A stretch of DNA of 34,305 nt from Candidatus Heimdallarchaeota archaeon. Lineage in GTDB: Archaea > Asgardarchaeota > Heimdallarchaeia > Heimdallarchaeales > Heimdallarchaeaceae. Where the stretch lies: assembly GCA_021399345.1 (NCBI GenBank), contig JAAFKI010000197.1, positions 1 through 34,305 on the forward strand. The letters run 5' to 3'. Position numbers and translations under genes: made by a program. Positions 8,684 to 20,202 of the stretch are shown in pieces (position 1 is the first letter of the stretch; each line of letters begins with the position of its first letter). The notes under the pieces were generated by a model. That model saw nothing but the letters and a program-made list of their open reading frames with translations. It ran no database searches and was not told where the DNA came from.

Positions 8684-11600
8684 TTAAAGAGCTTCCTTTA
8701 GATATTTCCAAGTATAACCATTTTCAGCTGTAACTATGTCAGAAACTATACCTTCAGCAACCAGAAAGCCACCATTTCTTGAACCGCCTTCAGGACCTAA
8801 ATCAATTATTCTGTCAGCTTGTTTGATAATATCCATGTTATGATCAATAATCACTACTGTGTTACCTTCATTAGCTAACCTGTGTAGAACTGAAATCAGT
8901 TTATCAATATCATAAAAATGAAGTCCCTGTGAAGGTTCGTCGAGCAAGTAGATACTCTTATCATGGGTTCTTCGAGAAAGCTCTCTGCTTATTTTAAGAC
9001 GTTCTGCTTCCCCCCCAGAAATTGTTGTTGTAGGTTGGCCCATCTTCAGATATCCTAGTCCCACATCTACAGCTAATTGTAATGGTCGATGTATTTTTTC
9101 AATATTTGAGAAAAGTTCTGTAGCTTCTTCAACTGTCATTTCCAAAATATCTGAAATTGTTTTCTTCTTATATCTTACAGAAAGTATTTTTTTCTTGTAT
9201 CTTTTTCCTTTACATAAAGAACATAAAATCCAAACATCTGACAGGAAAAGCAATTCTATTCTTCTTTCTCCAAGTCCTCGACATTCAGAACATTGACCTT
9301 TTGAGGTGTTAAAACTGAAGTGACCTGAAGTTAATCCCTTAGCTTTAGCTTCTGGTAATGTTGCGAAGAATTGTCTAATCTCATCGAAAACTCCAAGATA
9401 AGTAGCTGGATTAGATCTTCTTGATTTACTTAAAGTAGATTGGTCTACAATTATTACTTTTTCAAGGTCATCATATCCAGAAATTGATTTATGTTTACCA
9501 ACTTCAGTCTTTTTTCCATGAACTTGTTTCTCTAAACATTTCTGAAGAGTATCAATAACTAAAGAGGACTTACCTGCACCAGAGACTCCAGTTACAGCTG
9601 TAATAAGACCTTTACCAAACTTAACATCAATATTTTTCAAGTTGTTTTGTGATGCTCCCTTAATTTCAATATATGAATTAGTTTTCCTATTTTTCTTAGG
9701 TGTTTTTATCTTCTTCGTTCCTTGAATATAACAAGCTGTTAAGATATCATCTCTTTTGAGAAGTTCTTCAGTTGGACCTATCGCTACAACTTCTCCTCCT
9801 TGGTCGCCGCCAAGAGGACCAAGCTCTATCAATATATCCGAGTTCTTGATTATTATATCGTCATGTTCAACAACTATTACATGGTTGGAGTTATCTCTTA
9901 ATTTTTTCAGAGTAGTGAGAAGATTATTTATGTCCTTGGGATGAAGCCCGATCGTTGGCTCATCGAGCACGTATGTGACTCCTATTAGTCCACTACCTAT
10001 TTGTGACGCTAACCTTATTCTTTGTGCTTCTCCATTTGATAATGTGCTAGACCTTCTATCTAAAGTTAAGTAACTTAATCCTACATCAATGAGATATTCT
10101 GCTCTTTTCTTAAGCTCTATTAAAATTCGTTCTGCAATTTTTGCTCTTCTCTTATCTAGCTTCATATTGGTTAAGAAATCTAGAAAATCATCCACTGCGA
10201 ATCTTGAGAGATCATTAATTGATATCTCACCAACAGTTATCGAAAGGACTTCTGGTTTGAGTTTCTTTCCAGCACAATCTGAACAGTTGTATTCACTGTA
10301 ATATTTATTCATTTTTTCCTTACTTTTCTTTGACCAAGCTGAATCTGACTCTCTATCCATCCAATCGTCCCAGCGTTTGATCAATCCTTCCCATTCTCCC
10401 TTTCTTGTGTATTCTGAAGTTGATCTAGCTCTCTCCTGAATCACTTTCAGTTCAACTTCCACACCTTTTGATCCGTAGAATATTCCATCCATTTGTTGTG
10501 GTGAGAGCTCTTTCATTGGCATGTCTAAGGTGAAACCAAAGTGCTTTCCTACTGATTCAAGCATAGCTCTTCTCCAAGACCTAGGGTTTGACATTCTCTG
10601 AGCTGAATACGGACCTATAGCTCCTTCACTGATTGATTTATCCCAATCTGTAATAAGTTTTCGAATATCAAATTGTCTGATTACTCCTAGACCTGTGCAT
10701 GTTTGACATGCTCCTGAATAATGATTGAAACTGAATAATCTTGGATGAATCTCTTCAGGAGCTTCAAAGTCATGATCGATACATTCTGCATAAATAGAGT
10801 AAGTGTGTTTCTCGCCATTGAGATATACTTCTGTTCTCCCCTTCCCTAGTCCAACAGCTGTTTCAACAGCTTCAGCTATTCTTGAGATGTTTTCTTTCTT
10901 TACATTTATTCTGTCAAGTGCAACCGATAAAGATGTTGATTTCTTTGTTTTTATTTCTTCATCAATCTGGTAATCCTTACCATCAACTACAACTCTATTG
11001 TATCCCTGTTTTCTTAACTCATCAATAGTTTTTTTGATGTTTTTCTCTTCACCATTTGATAGAGAAGCAGCAACAATAATGTTTTTGTCCTTATATTCTT
11101 TCGAAATAAGCTTGGCTATTTCATCTATGGTTCGTGATTTTAAAACTATGTTGCAGTGAGGACAATGAGGGATACCTATCTTTGCATAAAGTAATCTTAA
11201 GTAATCATAAATTTCAGTAGTTGTTGCAACTGTAGAACGAGGATTTTTTGATATGGAATGCTGGTCTATTGCAATGGAAGGAGTTAATCCTATTATATCA
11301 TCAACATCTGCTCTTTCAGCTTTTGAGAGAAACTGTCTTGCATAACTACTGAGGGATTCAACAAATCTCCTTTGACCTTCCGCAAAGAGAGTATCTATTG
11401 CTAGAGAACTTTTACCAGAGCCTGAAGGACCAGTTATTACTACCAATTTTTCTTTGGGAATATCTAAATTAATGTTCTTCAGATTGTTCTTCGAAGCTCC
11501 TCTGACATATAGAAAATTAGCAGGATCTAGATCTTCTTCATGGATGCTCCTCTTACCTTTATCTATAACTTGTACCTCATTGAATAAAACTTTACGAAGC

Positions 11601-14443
11601 GCTAAACCTGTGTAAGAAAGTTCATTTTCAGCTAACTCTTCTGGTGTTCCAAAATCAACCACATATCCCCCATTTTCCATCCCTCCTTCAGGACCCAAAT
11701 CTAACACATAATCACTCGATTTTATTACATCGAGATTATGTTCGATCATCAGGCAAGTGTTACCGTTTGAGACTAACCTTTGAAGCACAGCTAACAACTT
11801 CTTAATATCCTCAAAACTAAGCCCTGTTGTAGATTCATCAAGTATGTAAAGTGTTTGTCCTGTTGCTCTTTTGGACAATTCACGACTAAGTTTAATTCTT
11901 TGTCCTTCGCCTCCAGAGATTGTTGTACTGGGTTGTCCTAGTTGAATATATTCAAGTCCAACATCAACTAGAGTTTGAAGAATTCTGCTAATATTAGGAA
12001 TGTTCTCAAATACCTTAATGGCTTTACTGACGGTCATGTTTAAAATATCAGCAATGGAATGACCAGAGTACTTGATTTTTAACGTTTCATCATCATATCT
12101 TTTACCTTTACAAATTTCACATTCTACATCTACATTAGGCAGAAGAGTCATTTCTATGGTGTTATAACCATGTCCATTGCATGCTTCGCATCTTCCGATT
12201 TTAGTGTTGAAGCTAAATCTTGTTTTATTGTATCCTCTAATTTTTGCTGTAGGTAGAGACGCAAATAAATCTCTTATGGGGCCCATTACTTTAGTATATG
12301 TAGCTGGATTTGATCTTGTAGTTCTGCCAATAGGTGATTGATCTATAACAACTACTTTGTCTATATTTTCTGTCCCTTCAATCGACTCATACTTACCTTC
12401 TTTGTGAGTACCATTGTGCAATTTGTTAACTAATATAGGATACAATGTGTCTGCAACTAACGAAGATTTACCACTTCCCGAGACACCAGTAACAGCTGTA
12501 AAAGTTCCAATGGGGATGTTAACAGTGATATTTTTTAGATTGTTATGGGAAGCACCTTTTAAAGTAATGAAAGTTTCACTTTCTCTTCTGATTTTGGGAG
12601 TTTCTATTTTATCTAAACCAAGTAGATATCTAGCTGTGACTGATTCTTTTCCATCTTCTTCAGTAAGATTCTCTGGTTCTTTCAAGAATAGAAAATGTCC
12701 ACCTGCATCACCTGCATAAGGACCTAAATCTAATAGTAAATCAGCTGTTCTCATGGTATCTTCATCATGCTCTACAACCAATAAGCTATTACCACCATCT
12801 CTGAGAGTTTGTAATGAATTGAGTAGTTTTTCATTATCTCTATTTGCTAATCCGATCGATGGCTCGTCCAGGATATAGGTAACTCCTTGAAGTTTTGAAC
12901 CGATTTGAGTTGCTAATCTTGTTCTTTGACTTTCCCCCCCACTTAGTTCATTTGCTCCTCTATCCAGAGAAAGGTAATGTAATCCTACTTCAATTAGAAA
13001 AGATAATCTGTTTCTGATTTCTTTGAGTAAAGGTTTAGCTATAATAGTTTCTTCTTCATTCAATTCCACGTTATTGAAGAACTCTAAACACTTGTCGATT
13101 TCAAGTTTGTTCAATTCTGCTATATTTTTTCCTTTAAATAAAACTGCAAGACTTTCTGGTTTCAACCTGTACCCTTTACAATCAGGACAAGTAGATTGAT
13201 CCATCAATCTCTCTAGCATCTTTTTTCTATTTTCGGCTGAGACTCTTTGATAAGCTTCAGATGTTAACGGGATCATTCCTTTCCATCTAGCTGTCCACTC
13301 TCCCTTCCCACTCCATTTACTAGTTGCTGTATCCCAGCTCCATTGGAAGTGATATTCTTGTTTTCCTGTACCATAAAGCATGATATCTTGTTGTTCCTTG
13401 GTTAAATCCTTCCAAGGTGTAATGAGATTGAAACCATGTTCTTTTGCTATTTTATCAAGATTCTTTAGTCCTAAGGAGACATATGTAATATGTTTCTTTG
13501 TACTAGTCATTGTAGCTATTGCACCATCAGCTATGGATAGTTCTGGATGTGCTACAAATTTCTCAGGAACTATCTGAGAGATTTTGCCAATACCTCTGCA
13601 TCTTTGACATGCTCCAACAGCTGTGTTATGTGAGAAATCTCTAGGATTAAACTCATTCACAGCTATACCACATGTAGGGCATACTAATTTTGTTGAAAAT
13701 ATTCTTTGATTTTTTTCACCGATAATTTTTAACTTACCTGTTGAGAGATCCAAAGCTAAGTTGACACTATCAAGTATTGAAGGTTCATTTTTTCTTTCAC
13801 ACTTGTTTCTGTCAACAATGATTTCTATGTCATGAGCTACATATCTTTCAAGTGTAACTTCTTCATTATCTAGATTGACTTCTTTTCCATCTATAATGAG
13901 TCTTACGTATCCTTCTTCTTTCCACTGGGTGAGCTCTTTTCTATATTCACCCTTTCTTTTCTCAAACATAGGGGCAACTATCTTGATTCGTTGTCCATCA
14001 AACGAAGCAAAAATTTGTTCAATAACTTGATCTGTGGGTTGAGCTTCAATTTTATCTTTGCATGCTGGGCAATGTGGGATTCCTACTCTCGCAAATAGAA
14101 CCCTCATATAATCATAAATTTCTGTTAATGTTCCAACTGTACTTCTTGGGTTTCTAGATATGGTCTTCTGATCAATTGAGATGGTAGGTCTTAATCCATC
14201 AATGTGTTCTACATCGGGTCTATCAAAATTACCAATGAACTGCCTAGCATATGCTGATAAGGTTTCCATGTATCTTCTTTGGGCTTCAAGATAAATTGTA
14301 TCAAAAGCTAGAGAACTTTTACCGCTTCCTGAGATCCCTGATATAACTACTAGTTTATCATGCGGAATCTCCACTGAAACGTTCCTTAAATTATTCTCTC
14401 GTGCACCCACAACTTTTATCGAATCTTTCACCACAGCAGACAC
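8684..14443 (-). CDS. uvrA: Excinuclease ABC subunit A, double-length (two fused UvrA units)
   Basis: Four Walker A motifs ([32 protein letters not shown]), two KNPRST/RNPRST motifs, two RSNPATY motifs and two full sets of CxxC zinc fingers. Confidence 0.95.
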   Translation of the reverse strand: MSAVVKDSIKVVGARENNLRNVSVEIPHDKLVVISGISGSGKSSLAFDTIYLEAQRRYMETLSAYARQFIGNFDRPDVEHIDGLRPTISIDQKTISRNPRSTVGTLTEIYDYMRVLFARVGIPHCPACKDKIEAQPTDQVIEQIFASFDGQRIKIVAPMFEKRKGEYRKELTQWKEEGYVRLIIDGKEVNLDNEEVTLERYVAHDIEIIVDRNKCERKNEPSILDSVNLALDLSTGKLKIIGEKNQRIFSTKLVCPTCGIAVNEFNPRDFSHNTAVGACQRCRGIGKISQIVPEKFVAHPELSIADGAIATMTSTKKHITYVSLGLKNLDKIAKEHGFNLITPWKDLTKEQQDIMLYGTGKQEYHFQWSWDTATSKWSGKGEWTARWKGMIPLTSEAYQRVSAENRKKMLERLMDQSTCPDCKGYRLKPESLAVLFKGKNIAELNKLEIDKCLEFFNNVELNEEETIIAKPLLKEIRNRLSFLIEVGLHYLSLDRGANELSGGESQRTRLATQIGSKLQGVTYILDEPSIGLANRDNEKLLNSLQTLRDGGNSLLVVEHDEDTMRTADLLLDLGPYAGDAGGHFLFLKEPENLTEEDGKESVTARYLLGLDKIETPKIRRESETFITLKGASHNNLKNITVNIPIGTFTAVTGVSGSGKSSLVADTLYPILVNKLHNGTHKEGKYESIEGTENIDKVVVIDQSPIGRTTRSNPATYTKVMGPIRDLFASLPTAKIRGYNKTRFSFNTKIGRCEACNGHGYNTIEMTLLPNVDVECEICKGKRYDDETLKIKYSGHSIADILNMTVSKAIKVFENIPNISRILQTLVDVGLEYIQLGQPSTTISGGEGQRIKLSRELSKRATGQTLYILDESTTGLSFEDIKKLLAVLQRLVSNGNTCLMIEHNLDVIKSSDYVLDLGPEGGMENGGYVVDFGTPEELAENELSYTGLALRKVLFNEVQVIDKGKRSIHEEDLDPANFLYVRGASKNNLKNINLDIPKEKLVVITGPSGSGKSSLAIDTLFAEGQRRFVESLSSYARQFLSKAERADVDDIIGLTPSIAIDQHSISKNPRSTVATTTEIYDYLRLLYAKIGIPHCPHCNIVLKSRTIDEIAKLISKEYKDKNIIVAASLSNGEEKNIKKTIDELRKQGYNRVVVDGKDYQIDEEIKTKKSTSLSVALDRINVKKENISRIAEAVETAVGLGKGRTEVYLNGEKHTYSIYAECIDHDFEAPEEIHPRLFSFNHYSGACQTCTGLGVIRQFDIRKLITDWDKSISEGAIGPYSAQRMSNPRSWRRAMLESVGKHFGFTLDMPMKELSPQQMDGIFYGSKGVEVELKVIQERARSTSEYTRKGEWEGLIKRWDDWMDRESDSAWSKKSKEKMNKYYSEYNCSDCAGKKLKPEVLSITVGEISINDLSRFAVDDFLDFLTNMKLDKRRAKIAERILIELKKRAEYLIDVGLSYLTLDRRSSTLSNGEAQRIRLASQIGSGLIGVTYVLDEPTIGLHPKDINNLLTTLKKLRDNSNHVIVVEHDDIIIKNSDILIELGPLGGDQGGEVVAIGPTEELLKRDDILTACYIQGTKKIKTPKKNRKTNSYIEIKGASQNNLKNIDVKFGKGLITAVTGVSGAGKSSLVIDTLQKCLEKQVHGKKTEVGKHKSISGYDDLEKVIIVDQSTLSKSRRSNPATYLGVFDEIRQFFATLPEAKAKGLTSGHFSFNTSKGQCSECRGLGERRIELLFLSDVWILCSLCKGKRYKKKILSVRYKKKTISDILEMTVEEATELFSNIEKIHRPLQLAVDVGLGYLKMGQPTTTISGGEAERLKISRELSRRTHDKSIYLLDEPSQGLHFYDIDKLISVLHRLANEGNTVVIIDHNMDIIKQADRIIDLGPEGGSRNGGFLVAEGIVSDIVTAENGYTWKYLKEAL

Positions 14444-14509
14444 CCAAAATTGAGCAGATTCTTATAGTCTCCCCTCTTGATTTCACTATATAAATGTGAA
14501 GATTTGCTA

Positions 14510-14523
14510 AAAAACTTATAAAT
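14510..14523 (+). promoter_or_regulatory. BRE/TATA promoter of the MFS gene (probably leaderless)
   Basis: A-run followed by TTATAAA (14516-14522), 22 nt before the ATG at 14545. Confidence 0.5.
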
Positions 14524-14544
14524 TAGTAAGAAATTTCAATTGTT

Positions 14545-15813
14545 ATGAATTCTGTAGAAACTACTGAATACAAGGTTTATTCTTATCGTTGGATTGTTCT
14601 AGTTTTATTCGGTTTAGTAGCTTTAGTCACTCAAATGATATGGATAACTTTTGCTGCAATTGAACCATCTGCTGCACCATTTTATGGAGTGGGTTCAAAT
14701 GCAATTCTTATGCTCTCTTTAGTGTTTATGATTGTTTATATCCCCATGAATATTCCTGCGGCTATGGCTATTGATAAATTTGGTTTAAAATGGGGAACTG
14801 GTATAGGTGTTATACTCACAGGAATTTTCGGAATCTTAAGAGCAGTTTCTGACCAGTATCATTGGGTATTGATTTTCCAAATTGGGTGTGCTATTGGACA
14901 ACCTTTCCTTTTAAACTCATTTACAAAAGTGTCTACAAACTGGTTTCCAGAGAAAGAAAAGGCACTTGCAACAAGTTTGGGAACAATGTTTGTTTTACTA
15001 GGAGTATTACTAGGAATGCTTATTACACCTATGTTATTGATTCCTGCTGGGGATCCAACATTAGTATTGTATATCTATGGTGGTCTAGCACTTGCTTTTA
15101 TGGTGATCTATCTGATATTTGTTAAAGATAAACCTGAAACTCCCCCCAACGCTTACAGTGATAAAACTAAAGTATTCGAGACTAAAGGAACCTGGGATTT
15201 ATTCAAGAATAAAGATTTCAATATTTTGTTCATTATATTCTTATTTGGAGCGGGTGCATTTAATGCTGTATCAACAGGTATCGCACAATTGTATAATTCT
15301 GTAAAAGTGCTTATGCCTGCTAGTTGGACTTTAATCGAACCTGATGATCTTCTTGGTATCCTAGGAGGAATTATGATAGTCGGAGGTATCGCTGGAGCTA
15401 TCACTCTTTCAACGCTTTCAGATAAATATCGAAAAAGAAAACCATTTCTTATAACCTCTGCTATTGCAGGAGCAGTTTGTTCGCTGTTATTCTTCTTTGT
15501 TGAGTATTTTGTCAAATCCTTTTTACCTCTCTATATACTGCATTGTATTATAGGTTTCTTCTTTGGTTTTCTATTGATTGCTGCTTTACCAGTAGGGTTA
15601 ACTTTTGCAGCAGAGATAACTCATCCTTTGCCAGAGGAAACATCCAACGGTTGGTTAATGTGGATAGGACAGTTGGGTGGAATAGCTCTTATTGGAATAA
15701 TATTTGGTATGAAAACTGATGCATTCAATTTCATTATTTATGGAGCAATATTGGTTATAGCAACTATTTTTGCTTTTAGAATGAATGATTTAGATGCTTA
15801 TGAATTGAAATAA
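14545..15813 (+). CDS. MFS transporter, FLVCR/SLC49-like
   Basis: About 12 TMs. YKVYSYRWIVL N-terminus, IDKFGLK, WFPEKEKALAT, PETPP loop, SDKYRKRK, FAAEITHPLPEETSNG. Confidence 0.88.
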   Translation: MNSVETTEYKVYSYRWIVLVLFGLVALVTQMIWITFAAIEPSAAPFYGVGSNAILMLSLVFMIVYIPMNIPAAMAIDKFGLKWGTGIGVILTGIFGILRAVSDQYHWVLIFQIGCAIGQPFLLNSFTKVSTNWFPEKEKALATSLGTMFVLLGVLLGMLITPMLLIPAGDPTLVLYIYGGLALAFMVIYLIFVKDKPETPPNAYSDKTKVFETKGTWDLFKNKDFNILFIIFLFGAGAFNAVSTGIAQLYNSVKVLMPASWTLIEPDDLLGILGGIMIVGGIAGAITLSTLSDKYRKRKPFLITSAIAGAVCSLLFFFVEYFVKSFLPLYILHCIIGFFFGFLLIAALPVGLTFAAEITHPLPEETSNGWLMWIGQLGGIALIGIIFGMKTDAFNFIIYGAILVIATIFAFRMNDLDAYELK

Positions 15814-15815
15814 GC

Positions 15816-15846
15816 TTCTTTTTTCTCTCTTTTTTCTATTTTTATT
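15816..15846 (+). terminator. Oligo-T archaeal terminator
   Basis: Several T5-T6 tracts immediately after the MFS stop codon. Confidence 0.5.
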
Positions 15847-15918
15847 CAACTATTTTTGGTAAATCTCAATAAATTTATATTTCATAAAGAGAATTCTGAC
15901 TGGTAAGCTAGTGATATT

Positions 15919-16782
15919 ATGAGCAAAATAAGAGAAATTCATCATGTTCAGACAAGTAGAACTACAATGGAAGGCGCAGGAGTCAAATTGAAAAGAGCTT
16001 TCGGTGATGTTCACAAGAAATTAGATCCTTTTCTTTTACTAGATGATTTTGGTTCCGATAATCCTGATGATTATCTTGCTGGATTCCCTTGGCACCCTCA
16101 TCGTGGAATTGAAACTATTACATATATGTTGAGTGGTAGCGTAAAACATGAGGATAGTTTAGGAAACGCAGGAATTATTGAAACTGGTGATGTTCAATGG
16201 ATGACTGCAGGTAGTGGAATTGTTCATCAAGAGATGCCTGAGAAATCTAAAGGATTAATGTCTGGTTTCCAACTGTGGGCAAACTTACCGGCTTCTCACA
16301 AGATGATGGATCCGAGATACAGAGATGTCAAAAAAGAAGATATTCCCGTTGTCACTGTAAATAAAAATATTGAAGTAAAAATTATCTGTGGAGAAGTTGA
16401 AGGAGTTAAGGGACCAGTTCAAGATATAATTACAGATCCTGAGTATTTAGATGTAACAATGAAAGCCAATTCGGTTTTTACACACCCAATTACTCGGGGA
16501 AAGAACTCTTTTGCATATATTATTGAAGGTGAAGGATTATTTTCTCCCAAAAATGCTAGAATATTCAATAAAGACCAGCTAGTTGTTTTTGAGGATGGAG
16601 ATGTGGTAGAAATCTTAACTAATGGCAGTAAACTGCGATTCCTACTAATATCAGGAAATCCAATCGGCGAACCCGTAGCTTGGGGTGGGCCTATTGTAAT
16701 GAATACTGATGAAGAAATCAGAACTGCGTTTGCTGAATATAGAAACGGAACCTTCCTCAAACATGAACAAAAGGATGAATAA
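15919..16782 (+). CDS. Pirin family protein
   Basis: DPFLLLD, metal ligands in HPHRGIETITY and WMTAGSGIVHQE, FQLWANLP, GPIVMNT. Confidence 0.95.
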   Translation: MSKIREIHHVQTSRTTMEGAGVKLKRAFGDVHKKLDPFLLLDDFGSDNPDDYLAGFPWHPHRGIETITYMLSGSVKHEDSLGNAGIIETGDVQWMTAGSGIVHQEMPEKSKGLMSGFQLWANLPASHKMMDPRYRDVKKEDIPVVTVNKNIEVKIICGEVEGVKGPVQDIITDPEYLDVTMKANSVFTHPITRGKNSFAYIIEGEGLFSPKNARIFNKDQLVVFEDGDVVEILTNGSKLRFLLISGNPIGEPVAWGGPIVMNTDEEIRTAFAEYRNGTFLKHEQKDE

Positions 16783-17355
16783 CTAAATTGGATTTAATTT
16801 TCTATATTCATCCACTAAAATATCCATGACTAGATCATCAACATATCTTCCTGCTACAAATGAAGCTTTTCTTCTGACACCTGTTTCTTTAAAACCTAGT
16901 TTCTTGTAGATACGTCTGCCTGATTCTAAGAAATCATAAACATGTAATTCTATTCTATGAAGGTTTAGAATATCAAACCCTATCTTTAGAATACATTTTC
17001 CTGAATCAGTACCAAATCCCTTTCCCTGGTCTTTTGGATTATAAATTGCTATACTCATAAAAGCTGTACGACTAACATTGTTTACCCTCTTTAAAGCTGC
17101 TACACCAAGAAATTTGTCAGACTCCTTTTCTATTATTGCAAAATTATATGCCCCTCCTTTTTTCATTTCTTTAGTGACTTTCTTAATCCATTCTTCTCGT
17201 TGCTGTCTTGATTCAGGTATGTATCGACCTAAACCAATACGCATTTCATAAGTGTTCCAATGTTGCATTATGTCATCTAAATCATCCATTTCAACTGCTC
17301 TTAATTTGACTTTTTCACCAATATATGGTGAATTGGATTCTATTTCTGAAGACAT
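16783..17355 (-). CDS. GNAT family N-acetyltransferase (RimJ/RimL/SpeG-like)
   Basis: KVKLRAVE, acetyl-CoA loop QGKGFGT, LNLHRIEL, YKKLGFKETG. Confidence 0.9.
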   Translation of the reverse strand: MSSEIESNSPYIGEKVKLRAVEMDDLDDIMQHWNTYEMRIGLGRYIPESRQQREEWIKKVTKEMKKGGAYNFAIIEKESDKFLGVAALKRVNNVSRTAFMSIAIYNPKDQGKGFGTDSGKCILKIGFDILNLHRIELHVYDFLESGRRIYKKLGFKETGVRRKASFVAGRYVDDLVMDILVDEYRKLNPI

Positions 17356-17425
17356 CAATCAAAATTCTTCTACCATTTAATATGAATTTTCATAGAAACA
17401 AGAAAAAAAAGAAAAATGAAAAAGA

Positions 17426-18448
17426 TTATTTTCTTCTGCGTAACAGAACAAGTCCAACAATCATTAAAGCGCCAGTTCCAATGAAAACTAAGTCTAGAGA
17501 ACCGGTTTTAAAAACAGTATCATCTGTTCCAATTGAAGGATCATAAACAACTTCATCTTCAAATTGCTCAAAGCTTAGATAAGTTTGTAAAGTTCCATCT
17601 CCTAGAGATGAATAAGAGGCATTTACTGTTCTATACTGATATTGATTGGAAACATTGTATCTAGCTTGCTTAGCATAGGCAAAATGACCTTCTACATCTT
17701 CACCTGAAATCTTATACATTTGCTTAATAGCATCAGTATTCTGTACTTTAAGTTCTTCACCTGTTGAATTTGTCTTAGTTTCACAAGCAAGACCATTTGT
17801 ATCATTTAACTGATATGTGTTTTTCAGAGGAGTAATGTCAAATCTAAATGCTAAGTTGGTATCATTTCTTTGGAAAGGATAATTGTTCATAGCAACATCG
17901 AATTTGAGTTCAGTCTTGCCTAGTACTTGATATCCATCTACGATGGTGTCATCTAGATACATATGAGCTCTAATTTCAATTTCAAAACCACTAAAGAATG
18001 GTTCCATTATCAAATCTGAAGTAAAATTGAAATGAACTGCTGAAACTTCATCTGTTCCTAAAGTGTAATCTACATCAAATCCGCTAAAAACCCATCTAAT
18101 ACTTGATAAAGATAAAGTGTTGGGTTGTGGAGGCATAGGTGGGCTGGGATCATCTTGCCAGATACTTGTTTCATTATATTGGAAAACTCCATCTTCATTG
18201 AAATCTAAGTATTCTGTTAGTGATTTGAACATTACATTAAATTCAAAATCGCTATTGTCTTCAATATACTGGAATTTAGGTACCATTCCACCTGCATTGA
18301 CTTTAATTGTCACACTATCATAAGTGAGTGTTACTAGTTTATTCTGTTCTTCATAATTAAGCACCTTTGCATCAGCTGAAACTTGAGTTAATGTTATCAG
18401 CATTAGAAGCATCATGCTTAGACCAAATATTTTTGCTTTATGGTTCAT
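17426..18448 (-). CDS. Secreted, C-terminally membrane-anchored surface protein
   Basis: Signal peptide, beta-rich body with N-glycosylation sequons, DPSIG, TM helix and RRRK tail. An A-rich tract at 17396-17425 is T-rich on the coding strand (probable terminator). Confidence 0.8.
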   Translation of the reverse strand: MNHKAKIFGLSMMLLMLITLTQVSADAKVLNYEEQNKLVTLTYDSVTIKVNAGGMVPKFQYIEDNSDFEFNVMFKSLTEYLDFNEDGVFQYNETSIWQDDPSPPMPPQPNTLSLSSIRWVFSGFDVDYTLGTDEVSAVHFNFTSDLIMEPFFSGFEIEIRAHMYLDDTIVDGYQVLGKTELKFDVAMNNYPFQRNDTNLAFRFDITPLKNTYQLNDTNGLACETKTNSTGEELKVQNTDAIKQMYKISGEDVEGHFAYAKQARYNVSNQYQYRTVNASYSSLGDGTLQTYLSFEQFEDEVVYDPSIGTDDTVFKTGSLDLVFIGTGALMIVGLVLLRRRK

Positions 18449-18578
18449 TTAGTCACCATGTATAACTCCTCTCCCCTTCTTGAATAGGTTCTTATTTAAT
18501 CATCTAAATATCCTAACTTTAGAAAACTAAAGTAGGTAATGAAGTGGAACAAATATTAATAAGTATCAACTTTCTATT

Positions 18579-19415
18579 GTGCTAACAATGGAAGATAATG
18601 ACGATACTTTCAAAGAACTGAAGATATTCTCTAACACTATTAGAAGAGAGTTGGTTAGAGTTATCGGAGAATCCGGTTCTATTTCATTCAGTATGTTAAA
18701 AGACGAATTAACACTTACTGATGGTCGTTTATTCTTCCATCTCAAGAAGATAGAAAACTATCTCGAAAGGGATGAACAAAAATACTATAGATTAAATGAA
18801 GAAGGAAAAAGGATAAATTTTCAGCTATTTCACGATAAAGAAGTTTTGATATCAGATATAGTTGCAGGCAGTGAAGAAGATAAATCTATTAGTTTCCTGA
18901 ACCTAATAACACCTTCAGGAATGTTTTATTATTTCCTTGGAACAAAAACTAGAAGTTTTATCGAATTGCACATACTTCTCTTAGTGATCTGTTGGTTATT
19001 TGGTGTAACTAACAGTAGGTTCAGTTCAATCGAATCCATATTCGGAGGAGGTGCAATTGTTAATTCTCTTATATCAATAGCTCATTGGTATGTTTATCTG
19101 GGCTTAATTGCATTAATATTATGGATTCTTAAAACCAAATTTAATTACTTTGAACTATCAATCAGCGTTTTTATTGGTTTAATCCCCTATATTCTCTACC
19201 TTATTCCTGTAGGGATAATCTTCCTAGTGGGTGTAACAGTTCCTCAATGGGGAAGTATTCTCTTGACAATTTTATTCATAATTTGTAAAATTTGGTCTAC
19301 ATTGTTAATTGCTCAAGGAATAACAATCACTGCTAAACGTAAAAACTATGAATCCATACTTATTGCAGCTTCACTGATTCTAATAGATTATATCTACCTT
19401 CTATTTACTGTTTAG
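18579..19415 (+). CDS. ArsR-like winged-helix domain fused to a multi-TM (Yip1-like) domain
   Basis: FSNTIRRELV..I...GSISFSML...LT.GRLFFHLKKI...YRLNEEG, followed by about 5 hydrophobic helices. Alternative ATG at 18588. Confidence 0.75.
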   Translation: MLTMEDNDDTFKELKIFSNTIRRELVRVIGESGSISFSMLKDELTLTDGRLFFHLKKIENYLERDEQKYYRLNEEGKRINFQLFHDKEVLISDIVAGSEEDKSISFLNLITPSGMFYYFLGTKTRSFIELHILLLVICWLFGVTNSRFSSIESIFGGGAIVNSLISIAHWYVYLGLIALILWILKTKFNYFELSISVFIGLIPYILYLIPVGIIFLVGVTVPQWGSILLTILFIICKIWSTLLIAQGITITAKRKNYESILIAASLILIDYIYLLFTV

Positions 19416-19497
19416 AAAATAAATTGACAACTTTAGTTAACTGAATAAAAAGCATAATAAAAAAGAAAAACAATAATAATATGGAAAGTGCGAGTAC

Positions 19498-20148
19498 ATG
19501 GATAAAAGAAATCAACTAACAGTTCTGATTATTAGTTTAGTTATAATAGGCGGATCAATAGCAACACCCTTGACGATTCGAGATCATTCACTGATTTTAG
19601 ATGATTTCTTACATTCCCCTCTCTTTCCTATACTTGAAAATGAAGGAACCTTGAAGCTTTATTTTGAAAGCGATTTTACTGAAGAAAATACCACTTTACC
19701 TTTATCTCTTGATTACGGAATAAAAGCTTCTAATATATCTATTATAGTTCAAAGAATCTGGATTAATATTACTGATATAGAACTTATTGGTAAAAGAGCA
19801 GGAAATTCAGTTTTCTTCACCAGTGATGATGTATTTGATATTCTAGATGGTCTGTATGAAACACAGTTGTTAAAATCTGGTAACCTTACAGCTGCTGAAT
19901 ATTCAGGAATACAGCTTTTCTTTAATACAACAGTACTAATACAAACAAACGAGGATCTTTTCTACTTTGAACTTCAAGGAAAGGATTTTGTGGTTTTATC
20001 TTTCAATATGTTTGGACAAGAAAATAGTATGATAGATCTTAACATTGTTGAGGATACAATCAGTGAAGTGATACTAGATTTTAATCTAGAGATTTTATGG
20101 CAGAATAGCACAGTAAGAATGACAACGAAGGCTTTAGTACTAAATTAA
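19498..20148 (+). CDS. Membrane-anchored/secreted beta-sandwich protein, DUF4382-like
   Basis: N-terminal hydrophobic helix. IWINITDIEL, FDIL, GNLTAAEYSGIQL and LDFN resemble DUF4382 (recalled, not searched). Confidence 0.55.
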   Translation: MDKRNQLTVLIISLVIIGGSIATPLTIRDHSLILDDFLHSPLFPILENEGTLKLYFESDFTEENTTLPLSLDYGIKASNISIIVQRIWINITDIELIGKRAGNSVFFTSDDVFDILDGLYETQLLKSGNLTAAEYSGIQLFFNTTVLIQTNEDLFYFELQGKDFVVLSFNMFGQENSMIDLNIVEDTISEVILDFNLEILWQNSTVRMTTKALVLN

Positions 20149-20202
20149 ATCTACACAGTTTAAGGAAAAGACTAAAGAATTGTTCATTTTTCAATAAATT
20201 AT

